A stretch of 64,000 nt of DNA from contig CAYOCT010000024.1 of the NCBI GenBank assembly GCA_964402555.1, positions 27,314 through 91,313 of the forward strand. The letters run 5' to 3'. Both the position numbers and the translations under genes were made by a program. Below, in pieces: positions 8,159 to 17,528 of this stretch; position 1 is the stretch's first letter, and each line of letters opens with the position of its first letter. Under the pieces are notes generated by a model. It had not been told where the DNA came from and did no database searches. It worked only from the letters and a program-made list of their open reading frames with translations. The stretch comes from an uncultured Nitrospiraceae bacterium. GTDB taxonomy: Bacteria > Hydrogenedentota > Hydrogenedentia > Hydrogenedentales > SLHB01.

Positions 8159-9832
8159 ATGTTTTATTGCAACCGGCTTACATCGATCGCTTTTCTGTTA
8201 TCGATCTCTATGTGCGCTTTCGGTTCGCTGCCCGCTGAGGCGGCGGCCCATCCCAACATCGTGCTTATCATCTCCGACTGTCTTCGGACAGACCATGTCG
8301 ATGCGTCCGGCGCAGCAGGCCTCCTGATGCCGAATGTATTGAACGCGGCGGCGAACGGCGCCTGGTTCCACAATGCGGTCGCGCCTTCGTCATGGACTTC
8401 GACGGCGACGTCGTCGTTTCTAACCTCAATGGACGTCGACACGCATCAGGTGTATCTCAACAGCGACCTCCTGGACAACAGCTACGAAACGATGGCGGAG
8501 TACTTGAAGGCTCAGGGCTACAGCACCGCATGCGTCCAGATGAACGCGAATCTGTCGCCCAGCCTCGGGTATGGCCAAGGCTTCGACACCTACGATTTCT
8601 CCGTAGGCAATTTGGCGGAAGACGCGACCGCCACGGCCCTGGCGCGCATCGCGGCCATGCCGGAGCCCTTCTTCATCTACATCCATTACGTGGCCACGCA
8701 CGTGCCGTTCAGGTCGCCGGTGTCGTATCGAACCGCGCAGGGCTATCCCCCAGCCGGACTTTCGGCCTCTGAACAGGACATCATCGAAAACCACATGTTC
8801 GAGTATTACACGGACCACTTGTCGTATCAGCTCGGCTTCATTCCCGTGCCCACCTATACGCCGCTCTCGGCCACGGGCATGGAAGCGATCCGTCTGCTTT
8901 ACAAGACCGCGGCCAAGTATACGGACGATCAAGTGGCGCAGGTCATGGCAGCAGTCAACGGAAGAAGCCCCGATCCGTATCTCTTCTTCATCGCAGATCA
9001 CGGCGAACATTTCTGGGAACACAATTACATCGGGCACAGCATGACGTTGTACGAGGAAGTCGAGCGCGTGCCGCTGATTATCACGGGACCGGGCATCGCG
9101 CCGCAGGTAAACGAAGCGAATGTCACCACGCTCGACTTGCTGCCCACGCTGGCCTCGATGCTGGGATTCCCGGTCCGGCCCGAGTGGCAGGGCCAGGACC
9201 TCTTCGCGCCCCGCGATCCTGACGGACCGACCTTCGCCTATACGCAGGGCCAGCTATCGCCCTATTTCGTCTATTACGAGATGGCGCGCTGGGGCGACTG
9301 GAAACTGATTCTCGATCGTCACAATAACATTCCGATGCTGTTCGACCTGGCGTCCGACCCGCAGGAAAACGACGATCTCTCGGGAAGCAATACGGCGATG
9401 CTCGAGCAGATGCGCATAATGCTCGACGCCCGGCGTCTGACAGACGCGCGCATGCGCCCCGCCGCAGGCTGGGTTACGTCCGTTCCCTTCAATTTCCCGG
9501 TCCTCGATTCGACCGTCACGCTGATGGCGCCGCAGGGCAGCGAGTATAAATGGCTGAAGGACGGCGTCTATCTTGCCGAAGACTGGCCTCACGTCCAAGA
9601 CGTGGAAGCGCGGCAACTCGTCATCGAAGGAGCTTCGGCCGCGGACCTCGGACGTTACGAATGCGTATATCGGGACGATGCCAAGCGCCTGCATATCACA
9701 CGCGCCTACGACCTGGCGTTGCTTCCGGCGAACGGTGTTCCCGCAACGGCTCCGTGGGGTCTGGCGCTGCTGTTCCTGTTCGTGACGAGCATGGGACTCG
9801 CCATGCTTACTCGAAAGCCCGCGGCGAAGTAA
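8159..9832 (+). CDS. sulfatase-family (alkaline phosphatase superfamily) protein with no recognisable CxPxR formylglycine motif, signal peptide and C-terminal hydrophobic anchor
   Basis: N-terminal signal peptide, PNIVLIISDCLRTDH metal-binding region and overall sulfatase-like length, but no C/S-x-P-x-R was recognised. GGGAAGGAG lies upstream of the ATG. The C-terminus WGLALLFLFVTSMGLAMLTRKPAAK is hydrophobic. Confidence 0.7.
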   Translation: MFYCNRLTSIAFLLSISMCAFGSLPAEAAAHPNIVLIISDCLRTDHVDASGAAGLLMPNVLNAAANGAWFHNAVAPSSWTSTATSSFLTSMDVDTHQVYLNSDLLDNSYETMAEYLKAQGYSTACVQMNANLSPSLGYGQGFDTYDFSVGNLAEDATATALARIAAMPEPFFIYIHYVATHVPFRSPVSYRTAQGYPPAGLSASEQDIIENHMFEYYTDHLSYQLGFIPVPTYTPLSATGMEAIRLLYKTAAKYTDDQVAQVMAAVNGRSPDPYLFFIADHGEHFWEHNYIGHSMTLYEEVERVPLIITGPGIAPQVNEANVTTLDLLPTLASMLGFPVRPEWQGQDLFAPRDPDGPTFAYTQGQLSPYFVYYEMARWGDWKLILDRHNNIPMLFDLASDPQENDDLSGSNTAMLEQMRIMLDARRLTDARMRPAAGWVTSVPFNFPVLDSTVTLMAPQGSEYKWLKDGVYLAEDWPHVQDVEARQLVIEGASAADLGRYECVYRDDAKRLHITRAYDLALLPANGVPATAPWGLALLFLFVTSMGLAMLTRKPAAK

Positions 9833-9836
9833 GGAA

Positions 9837-11159
9837 TCACGCGCCCTTGCGGGCGCTGTCCCAATCGTCGTCCATCATCTTGAGGATCTTGTCGAGGTCG
9901 CGGTTCCCAGCCATGATCTCTTGCATCGCGCGTGCGAGGGTCATCGTGAAGGTCGGCGGGGGCATGTCGTCCAGCGCGATATGGAATCCAAGCGTCATCC
10001 CGTACTTCGTGAGGTTCGCGCTCATATCGTCGATGAGCCGTTGCGCGGGCGGCCACGCGCTCTGCGGGCCTTTGACCGGCACCTTTGACGCTTCGGCGAA
10101 CTGGCACTCGCCGTTGAGGAACAGTTGGTAGACTTCGGGGTCGTAGAACGCCTCCACTGCCGACATGGCCTTGTCGAGTTTCTCTCCCGTCGCGCTCGAA
10201 GTGACCGCCCACCCGGATTGCATGCCGGAAGTCTGAATGAAGACCGGCGGGCGCCCGGTTAGCGAGGGCGGCGGCCAGTAGGCCATGTCGAAATCGACCT
10301 TGTTCGGCTCGATGTCGCCCGCCATCCAGCAGCCCATCATCCACGTCGCGCCTTTGCCGCCGTAGAAGTCGCGCTGCTCTTCATTGTAGCCATCGCTGCC
10401 CGCGCCCTTTTCAACGAAATGATCGAGCAGATACACCATCTTCTCGAGGATCTGCTTCGCGAGAGGATCGGTGGCGAACGAAATCTCGCCCTTATCTTTG
10501 CGTTTGGTCCACGAGGGCGTGGACGTCTGCGGCGTGGTAATGCGTTCGTACATGTCGGTCGCGATCGCGTAGAACAACGGCATCGAGGCCGACCACTCGC
10601 GGCCGCCGAACACCAGCGGCTTATAGCCCTTCTCCTGGAGCTTATGGAACGCGGCGAACCACTCGTCCCACGTCGCAGGCGGCTCGGTCACGCCGATATC
10701 GTTCCACATCTTCTTGTTGATAACGATACCCTGAATCTGCACGCCGCCCTGCGTCGTATAGCGTTTGCCTTTGTACGGCGCGGGAAGTGGGATGCCGAAC
10801 TTCTCGTAGTACGAATCGGGCAGTGGGACCACGTGGCCGCCGTCCGCGAGGAAGTTTGTCATCTCCCACGTCATGATGACCTCGGGCAGGTCTCCCGTGG
10901 CGATGCGCGACTTGTAGTATTCGGCGCCTTCCATGTTCCCGAGGTCGATCAACTCCATCGCCCATCCCGGATTGCGTTTCTCGAACGCGGCCTTCCATCC
11001 GTCAAAATGCCTGCGGAACCCCTCGCGTCCCCCGATGTTCCGCGTAACGCGGATGACCTTGCTGTCCTTCGCCTCGCCGCCGCAACCAGCCAGAGCAACC
11101 ACAATCGCGCAAGCGGTCAAGATCATTAATGTACATTGCGTCAACGGCCGCAGACTCAC
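9837..11159 (-). CDS. ABC transporter extracellular solute-binding lipoprotein (family 1, carbohydrate)
   Basis: Signal peptide with lipobox LAGC. The protein is about 440 aa and Trp/Tyr-rich, typical of sugar-binding periplasmic proteins. It is convergent with the sulfatase gene, with a 4-bp gap. Confidence 0.8.
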   Translation of the reverse strand: MSLRPLTQCTLMILTACAIVVALAGCGGEAKDSKVIRVTRNIGGREGFRRHFDGWKAAFEKRNPGWAMELIDLGNMEGAEYYKSRIATGDLPEVIMTWEMTNFLADGGHVVPLPDSYYEKFGIPLPAPYKGKRYTTQGGVQIQGIVINKKMWNDIGVTEPPATWDEWFAAFHKLQEKGYKPLVFGGREWSASMPLFYAIATDMYERITTPQTSTPSWTKRKDKGEISFATDPLAKQILEKMVYLLDHFVEKGAGSDGYNEEQRDFYGGKGATWMMGCWMAGDIEPNKVDFDMAYWPPPSLTGRPPVFIQTSGMQSGWAVTSSATGEKLDKAMSAVEAFYDPEVYQLFLNGECQFAEASKVPVKGPQSAWPPAQRLIDDMSANLTKYGMTLGFHIALDDMPPPTFTMTLARAMQEIMAGNRDLDKILKMMDDDWDSARKGA

Positions 11160-11212
11160 GTCTCTCGTTCCTCCATATTCACTAGGACTCTATCTACACC
11201 ATACTCATAATA

Positions 11213-11476
11213 TCAGCGACTGAATGTACTTGGAACTATGATCGGCAGCGCGCGTTCCTGTACAGCTTCGGCAGCAAACCTAAGTGCCTCATCGATGTCC
11301 TCATCCTCTAAGTCCGGATATGCAGCAAGGATTTCGTCGGCATTGAGTTTCTCGGCCACCATGCTCACTATTGTGGAAACGGGAATCCGTAGTCCCCGGA
11401 TACAAGGAACGCCGCCCATTTGTCTCGGGTCGATCGTGATTCGCGAGTACACGGCCCTAAGCTCCTGCGGCAGCAA
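11213..11476 (-). CDS. DUF433 domain protein (antitoxin-like, orphan)
   Basis: 87 aa with the conserved DUF433 core (DPRQMGGVPCIRGLRIPVSTIV). Local GC is lower (~54%). No DUF5615/PIN partner is adjacent. Confidence 0.75.
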   Translation of the reverse strand: MLPQELRAVYSRITIDPRQMGGVPCIRGLRIPVSTIVSMVAEKLNADEILAAYPDLEDEDIDEALRFAAEAVQERALPIIVPSTFSR

Positions 11477-11709
11477 TTCGTCGATTCAATCGCCGCTCGT
11501 TACGATTCTATCCATATTCTGGCGTGGAGGTTTGCCCACGACCCCAATTCAGAATCGACAGAACACGTTTGCAGTTTCTTCTAAACGCAGAGGCACAGAG
11601 AACGCGGAGGACCGCAAAGGCTCTGCGTTCCTTCGCGTTCTCTGCATCTCTGCGTTGGGAAAGACCCCGATATAGGCGTTTGCACGTAGCGCAGTTGTGG
11701 GCGCCTTCC

Positions 11710-12231
11710 TCATGGGAATAGCCGTTCCTTCTCAAACTCAGCGTCTTCAGTCAGCCTCTGTATCTGATACGTACATAGGTCCCGTACTGACGGAAAGTCA
11801 TGAAGATGCAGGCCGCCCATCTGAACCCATTCGCCGTGACGAACCCATGTCATTGTGCTCCCGCCAAAGGCAATCCTAGATCCCTTTGGGATTAGAGATA
11901 CTTTACAAAGTTGAGCATCGCTATGAGCAATACAGGTGTGCCTACACGTGATGACAAGATCATGCATCTCTTTCAAGTCATCATCTTGGAACCGCTTGTA
12001 TTTCACGGGCAATTGCACATAGCCTTCTGCCTTTGTGAATGGTCGAGCATAGCACACAACCGCCGCGCACATGAGCGGCTGAAACATAGGATCCTCTTCC
12101 TTGACCACGTGATCAATGACGTGCATTGAGGCGGCCAGCGCGTACTGCATGTCATTCTTCGCCAGAATCACGCGGGCAAGTAGCCCATGTTCCTGATCTT
12201 GCGGATCAAGCTCGATCATCCCGTGTTTCAC
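11710..12231 (-). CDS. hypothetical protein (173 aa) in low-GC islet
   Basis: Clean ORF with ~47% GC against ~64% background. It is followed by a structured inverted repeat at 11560-11640. No family was recognised. Confidence 0.4.
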   Translation of the reverse strand: MKHGMIELDPQDQEHGLLARVILAKNDMQYALAASMHVIDHVVKEEDPMFQPLMCAAVVCYARPFTKAEGYVQLPVKYKRFQDDDLKEMHDLVITCRHTCIAHSDAQLCKVSLIPKGSRIAFGGSTMTWVRHGEWVQMGGLHLHDFPSVRDLCTYQIQRLTEDAEFEKERLFP

Positions 12232-12503
12232 TTTCTCGGCCTCACTCTGTTGTCCTCTTATGGCGGGATTATCGTTTGCACTCTTGGCAAATCCCGGTAA
12301 TGAGATCCACCTTCGCCTGCTCCGAAGCCAAGTTTGATCCGTTCTTGGGCATCTGAGCGGCCTTCAGCAAGCCAATAACACTATCAGGTGTTCTTTCATG
12401 CAGTTTGCCCTGGCCGCTGTCCTTCACGGATTGAAGACGAGGACAGATTTACCTATCTGTACGTCATGAAGTGGCACGAAAGACCTGACCTATGGACAGG
12501 CTC

Positions 12504-13703
12504 TCACTTGGTCTTATACGGTGTAATGCGCTGGCGCAAGGGGCCTGTAACGCGTCCGCCATTGTCCGGCGGCTGCGCGGTATCGGTCCGTCCTGGGACG
12601 CTCAACCTTCCGCCAGGAAGTCTCCCGGGAACGGTCCGCGGCTCGGCGGCCTTCGGCTGTGTCCGGATGGCCTTGCCCAAGGCCTCCAATTGGGTCATGA
12701 ACGGTTGCGGGATCATGCCGTTCGCCATGATGGGCACGTCCCACGTCACCACGCCGCCCTTGCTGTTGATACCCATGGTTGTTGTCATCACCTGGACATC
12801 CGTGAAGCGTGGCGGCCCTTGCGCCCACATCGGCCCCAGGAAGCTCAACATATGGAACTGAGCGCCGTCCACCCAACGGGATTTGCACTTGACGACCGTC
12901 GGATCGTTGATCTCGCCCGCGGTGTAGTCCTCGACGGGCGTCAACGAAATGATCGGGTCGAGCACGCCGGGGTTGAACGCGACGATGCTGTCGGGATTCC
13001 CTGCGCGCGCCGCCGCGGCGAAACTCTCGAAGTTGGGCGGATTCGGGAAACGGTACATGGCATCGGGGAAGTAGCACCCGTCGAACCACCACCCGGCCAC
13101 ACGCGTGCCCCACCGCACGGACCACTCGCGGATGATGTCTTCCCATTTCTTCTGAAACGCTTCGAGCCGATCGTCCTGCCCCTTGGGTTTCCCATCCACG
13201 TAGGTCCACAGCGGATACTGGCCGCACTTCCATTCGAGCGCCTTCATGGCTTCCTCGTCGCGGTCAGGCGCACCCGCCGGGAGATAGACCATCAACTTGA
13301 TGCCCTTCGCGTGCAGCGGTTCGTACAAGTCGGCGATCAAGTCGCGCGTCGCGCACTTGCTGGGCGTAATGCCGACATACTGATCGTAGGTCGCGTTCGG
13401 CGAGCAGTAGAACCCCGAGTTCTGGCCAAGCGTAATGACGTAGTACCCCGCGCCAATCGAAGCCAACTGGTCGGCAAGCAGGTTCGCATCGAAACTCGCC
13501 ACCGCGGCGTTCCAACTGTCGACGGTCGCCGGCTGTTCCGTGACCACGGTCTCCGCGAGGTAATGCGTGAACACGCCCCACTTCGCGTTCTTGAACCAGA
13601 CCGTCCGCGTATTCTTCAACGCCGATTTCTCCTGGGCCGCCGCCATGCCCATCACGAAGACAACAACTACCAGCGCGCCCCTCAACACCCAATGAGTCTT
13701 CAT
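12504..13703 (-). CDS. GH29-like alpha-L-fucosidase, secreted
   Basis: MKTHWVL signal peptide with start at 13703. WFKNAKWGVFTHY matches the GH29 N-terminal W..AKFGIFIHWG motif, and AGAGYYVITLGQNSGF...TRDLIADLYEPLHAKGIKLMVYLP matches AGAKYvVLTtKHHDGF...RDLvgEla. The C-terminal 60 aa are low complexity, so a frameshift is possible. Confidence 0.55.
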   Translation of the reverse strand: MKTHWVLRGALVVVVFVMGMAAAQEKSALKNTRTVWFKNAKWGVFTHYLAETVVTEQPATVDSWNAAVASFDANLLADQLASIGAGYYVITLGQNSGFYCSPNATYDQYVGITPSKCATRDLIADLYEPLHAKGIKLMVYLPAGAPDRDEEAMKALEWKCGQYPLWTYVDGKPKGQDDRLEAFQKKWEDIIREWSVRWGTRVAGWWFDGCYFPDAMYRFPNPPNFESFAAAARAGNPDSIVAFNPGVLDPIISLTPVEDYTAGEINDPTVVKCKSRWVDGAQFHMLSFLGPMWAQGPPRFTDVQVMTTTMGINSKGGVVTWDVPIMANGMIPQPFMTQLEALGKAIRTQPKAAEPRTVPGRLPGGRLSVPGRTDTAQPPDNGGRVTGPLRQRITPYKTK

Positions 13704-13764
13704 TTCGTCGTCTCCCTTGTCCCAACAGCATGGATCGAACCGTATGCCATTGTCCAACGGACAA

Positions 13765-14160
13765 TCAGGCGCGCGAGCTGTGCGCATGATCTCGAAGGAA
13801 AGTGGCTATGGACGCCTTGTCCATCTTTCCCATGGCCACGGAAAGCACCATCTCCGCGAATACGTCTTCCTCAACGAGAATCTTGACGCCGTTCAGAAAG
13901 AGGAAGACCAGCGAGGCCGCTCCTCCCGTGCGCTTGTTCCCGTCGAGAAAGGGATGATTCTGTACAATGTGATAGAGGTAGGCGGACGCCATCTCGTAGA
14001 GGTCACGATGAAGGAAGTCCCCTCCAAAGGAAGCCTGAGGTTGGGCCACCGCCGACTGCAACAGGAGCGGGTCGCGAATCTCGGCCGCCCCTCCATACCG
14101 CGCAATCATATCCCTGTGGATGGCAACGACATCCGCCAAGGTAAGGAATGTGGGGTTCAT
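13765..14160 (-). CDS. doc: Doc (death-on-curing) / Fic-family toxin
   Basis: LTLADVVAIH...GGDFLHRDLYEMASAYLYHIVQNHPFLDGNKRTG carries the Fic/Doc core motif HPFxDGNKR. The preferred start is MNPTF at 14160, directly abutting the antitoxin stop. Confidence 0.8.
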   Translation of the reverse strand: MNPTFLTLADVVAIHRDMIARYGGAAEIRDPLLLQSAVAQPQASFGGDFLHRDLYEMASAYLYHIVQNHPFLDGNKRTGGAASLVFLFLNGVKILVEEDVFAEMVLSVAMGKMDKASIATFLRDHAHSSRA

Positions 14161-14162
14161 GA

Positions 14163-14387
14163 CTATTCCGAAAGGCGTTTGAGGGCGTTGCCGTATTGCG
14201 AATTGACCCAATCGAGCGCCTCTGCCAGCCGCCCATTAGCCTCGGATTCTCGGTGGGGTTTCACGACGAGATAGTTTCCGTCGGTGGCAAGTTCCAACGG
14301 CGTGTCGTCATCGATGCCCAGGAGGTCTAGAATAGGACGGTCGATGACAAGCGCAAGGCTGTTCCCGTGCCGCACCAGTGTTTTCAT
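14163..14387 (-). CDS. Phd/AbrB(SpoVT)-type antitoxin
   Basis: 74 aa, MKTLVRHGNSLALVIDRPILDLLGI with a swapped-hairpin AbrB/MazE-like N-terminus. It lies immediately upstream of doc. Confidence 0.7.
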   Translation of the reverse strand: MKTLVRHGNSLALVIDRPILDLLGIDDDTPLELATDGNYLVVKPHRESEANGRLAEALDWVNSQYGNALKRLSE

Positions 14388-14454
14388 GGCTCACCTCCGT
14401 AAACACATTGTATCACCGCTGCCTCGTGTCGTCAAATGACTGAGCGTGCCGTAT

Positions 14455-15828
14455 TCAGTTATTCAGACTTCCCAGAGGCGCGGGGATTCGGCCGCCGAAT
14501 GCGACGAACTGCGCGGATTGGCCTGTGTTGCGGACTTCCATCACCCTGCCGCCTCCGAACAATCCACCGAACTCGACGGGGTCGCCGGCGTGCTTCCCCG
14601 GAACGGGAATCAGACGTACGGCGGTGGTCTTCTTGTTGATAACGCCGATGGCCATTTCGTCCGCAATGATCGCGGCGATGGTCGCGGCATCGGTGTCGCC
14701 CGGAATGAGGATCATGTCGAGGCCGACGGAACATACGCTGGTCATCGCCTCAAGTTTCTCTAGGGTGAGCGAGCCATCGGCGGCGGCTTTGGCGAGGGCT
14801 TGATCTTCGGATACGGGAATGAAGGCGCCCGACAGCCCGCCCACGCTCGACGAAGCGAATAGCCCTCCTTTCTTAACTGCGTCGTTCAGCAACGCAATCG
14901 CCGCGGTGCTTCCGGGCGCGCCAATCGCGGCGATGCCCATCGCGTGCAGGATCTCGCCGACGCTGTCGCCGACGCGCGGCGTGGGCGCGAGCGACAGGTC
15001 GACCACGCCAAACTCGACGCCGATCTTCGAGGCGACCTCGCGGCCCATGAGTTCGCCGACGCGCGTCACTCGGAAACTGGTCCGTTTGATCTCTTCGGCG
15101 ATCGCTTCGAGGTCAACGTCGCAGCCACTCTCGACGAGCCGCTGAATCGCGCACTTCACGACGCCGGGACCGCTGACGCCGATATTGATCACGGTGCCCG
15201 GTTCGCCCGGCCCGAGGAACGCGCCGGCCATGAACGGGTTGTCTTCGGGAATGTTCGCGAACACGACCAGTTTAGCCGCGCCAAATCCGTCGCGAGCGGC
15301 GGTGCGTTCGGCCGCCGCCTTAATCTGGCATCCCATGAGATGCACGGCGTCCATGTTGATCCCGGCCTTGGAACTGGCAACGTTTACCGACGCACACACG
15401 CGCGCCGTCCCCGCAAGGACTTCCGGAATGGAATCGATGAGCCGCCGGTCGCCCTCGCTCATACCCTTCTGGACGAGGGCCGAGTAGCCGCCCACGAGGT
15501 CGACGCCCACCTCGCCGGCGACCTCGTCGAGCACACGCGCCAGTGGCAGGCATACTCGCGCGTCGTGCGCTTCGAGCAAGTCGCGCGCGGGCGAAATCGC
15601 CAGGCGCTTGTTCACGATGGCGATCCCGTATTTCGCGGCGACCTCGTCGCAGCATTGCACGAGGCCGCTCGCCGTACCGTGCAATCGCGAACGCACACGG
15701 CGAAGCATCTTGCCGGAATCGCTGTCCGCGCACCCCGTCAGATTGATCCCCAACGTGACGGCGCGCACATCGAGGTTTTCGATGCGGATCATTTCGAGCG
15801 TTTTCAGTATGTCTTCGCTTGGAATCAT
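14455..15828 (-). CDS. UPF0210 (DUF711) family protein
   Basis: 457 aa. The N-terminus MIPSEDILKTLEMIRIENLDVRAVTLGINL and glycine-rich segments are typical of the UPF0210 family. It is coupled by a 4-bp overlap to the upstream ACT-domain gene. Confidence 0.8.
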   Translation of the reverse strand: MIPSEDILKTLEMIRIENLDVRAVTLGINLTGCADSDSGKMLRRVRSRLHGTASGLVQCCDEVAAKYGIAIVNKRLAISPARDLLEAHDARVCLPLARVLDEVAGEVGVDLVGGYSALVQKGMSEGDRRLIDSIPEVLAGTARVCASVNVASSKAGINMDAVHLMGCQIKAAAERTAARDGFGAAKLVVFANIPEDNPFMAGAFLGPGEPGTVINIGVSGPGVVKCAIQRLVESGCDVDLEAIAEEIKRTSFRVTRVGELMGREVASKIGVEFGVVDLSLAPTPRVGDSVGEILHAMGIAAIGAPGSTAAIALLNDAVKKGGLFASSSVGGLSGAFIPVSEDQALAKAAADGSLTLEKLEAMTSVCSVGLDMILIPGDTDAATIAAIIADEMAIGVINKKTTAVRLIPVPGKHAGDPVEFGGLFGGGRVMEVRNTGQSAQFVAFGGRIPAPLGSLNN

Positions 15829-16427
15829 GATTCGGGTTCCGGGTCTCGGGTTCCGGGTCTCGTGACGAGATCCCCGTCCCCCTTAGCCACCGCCCGCCTT
15901 GTATGGACTTCGAGGGAATTCGTTGCAGTGAAGATATCTTGGTGTTGAAATGTCGCAGCTACGCCGAGGGCCTCGGCGCGGGTTTCGAGTTCGTAGCGGA
16001 AGTCTTTGGGGTCGACGTCGCGCGGGACGACGACGTGGAACACGGTGATAAAGCGTCCGTCGCGGACCTCGTTCCAGACGTCGACGATGTTGACGCCTTT
16101 CTCGGCGCAACATCTGGACAGACGCCGCACGATGCCCGGTTTGTCTTCGCCGACGGCGGTCATGACGTACGGCTCGCCTTCGGCGCTCAGCGAGCCGCCT
16201 TGTGCGCCCGCGGGATGGATCATTAGGTCAAACTCGCCCGCCGCGTGGAGTGCGTCTTCGATATGCGCCCGCGTGACCTCGCGGGGAAAGGACACGCTCA
16301 AGAGCATGGTAAACCAGCCCTGCAGGATCGTCTGGCTCGTCGCTTCAAGATTGCCGCCGAGCTTGAAAATCGCATCGCTCACGTCAGCGATAATCCCCGG
16401 ACGATCCTGGGCCAGCACTGAAATCAT
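15825..16427 (-). CDS. tandem ACT-domain protein (UPF0237/GcvR-like)
   Basis: MISVLAQDRPGIIADVSD starts at 16427, with a second ACT repeat (VMTAVGEDKPGIVRRLS). The upstream 50 codons of the ORF track are probably not translated. Confidence 0.7.
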   Translation of the reverse strand: MISVLAQDRPGIIADVSDAIFKLGGNLEATSQTILQGWFTMLLSVSFPREVTRAHIEDALHAAGEFDLMIHPAGAQGGSLSAEGEPYVMTAVGEDKPGIVRRLSRCCAEKGVNIVDVWNEVRDGRFITVFHVVVPRDVDPKDFRYELETRAEALGVAATFQHQDIFTATNSLEVHTRRAVAKGDGDLVTRPGTRDPEPES

Positions 16428-16507
16428 GTAGAACTCGGTGCGTTCGGTCACGTGAAAGGCCTCCAAGAAAGCGCAGTGTAACATACCTCTCGGCGGCGTC
16501 CACACCC

Positions 16508-16536
16508 TTGACACCGCGTACCGGCTTGGATAGTCT
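16508..16536 (+). promoter_or_regulatory. putative sigma70-type promoter (TTGACA-N17-TAGTCT)
   Basis: The -35 and -10 hexamers lie 35 nt upstream of the ATG at 16571, and AAAGGAG is 8 nt before that ATG. Confidence 0.35.
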
Positions 16537-16570
16537 GACAACGGACCAAGACCAAAAGGAGACGCCTGCC

Positions 16571-17521
16571 ATGGCACGCCAGTTGGACCGCAGAGACTTC
16601 TTGAGGACTTCCATCGCCGCGTCGTCGGGGGCCGCGCTAACGTTTGGATTCGAGGAGAAGGTGCTGCTCGCCAAAGCGCAGGACGATCCCAAGGCCGCCG
16701 CGGCCTCGACGGGAGACATGCCTGCCGGGAAGATTGGCGACGCGACGATCGGGCGGTTGATCTGCGGCGGGAATCTGATCAGCGGGTTTGCGCACAGCCG
16801 CGATCTCATGTACGTGTCGTCGCTGTTGCAGCACTACTTCACCGACGAGAAGGTGTTCGAGACGTTTCAGGCCTGTGAAGCCAGCGGTGTCAACACGGCC
16901 ATCCTTCGCATGGACGCCAATACCGAACGCATCGTCAACCGCTATTGGAAGGAAAAGGCGGGGAACCTGCAATGGATCGCGCAGATCAAACCGAAGCAGT
17001 CCAGCTTGACTGACGACGCGAAGCGCGCAGTGGACTTGGGGGCGGTCGGAGTGTACGTGCAGGGCGAGACGGGCGACGCGTTTGTGCGCAACGGACACGT
17101 CGATTTGCTGAACAAGGTCATCGAGTACATCCGTAGCCAGAACGTCATCGCGGGGATGGGCGCGCACGACCTTAACGTAGTCAAGGAATGCGAGAAGGCC
17201 GGCATCAAGTCGGACTTCTACATGAAGACCTTCAACAGCAAGAGCTACTGGTCCGCGGGGCCACGCGACCGTCACGACAGCGTGTGGGAGGAGACGCCTG
17301 AGGAGACGATGGAATTCATGAAGACCGTCGAGAAGCCCTGGATCGCGTTCAAAGTTCTCGGCGCGGGCGCCATTCACCCCAACGAGGGGTTCAAGTACGC
17401 GTTCGACAACGGCGCGGACTTCATCTGCGTCGGCATGTTCGATTTCCAGGTCGCCGAAGACGCGGCCATCGCACGCAAAGCCCTCGCAGATACGAAACGC
17501 GCGCGGCCTTGGCGCTCGTAG
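16571..17521 (+). CDS. Tat-signal secreted protein, unknown function
   Basis: MARQLDRRDFLRTSIAASSGAALTFG is a twin-arginine motif; start at 16571. No family was recognised. Confidence 0.55.
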   Translation: MARQLDRRDFLRTSIAASSGAALTFGFEEKVLLAKAQDDPKAAAASTGDMPAGKIGDATIGRLICGGNLISGFAHSRDLMYVSSLLQHYFTDEKVFETFQACEASGVNTAILRMDANTERIVNRYWKEKAGNLQWIAQIKPKQSSLTDDAKRAVDLGAVGVYVQGETGDAFVRNGHVDLLNKVIEYIRSQNVIAGMGAHDLNVVKECEKAGIKSDFYMKTFNSKSYWSAGPRDRHDSVWEETPEETMEFMKTVEKPWIAFKVLGAGAIHPNEGFKYAFDNGADFICVGMFDFQVAEDAAIARKALADTKRARPWRS

Positions 17522-17528
17522 CCGCGCA

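Noticed and set aside
12492-13886. 464-aa plus-strand ORF antisense to the GH29-like gene
   Set aside because: The minus-strand frame has clear GH29 motifs and a signal peptide. The plus-strand translation is Arg/Pro-rich with no motifs.
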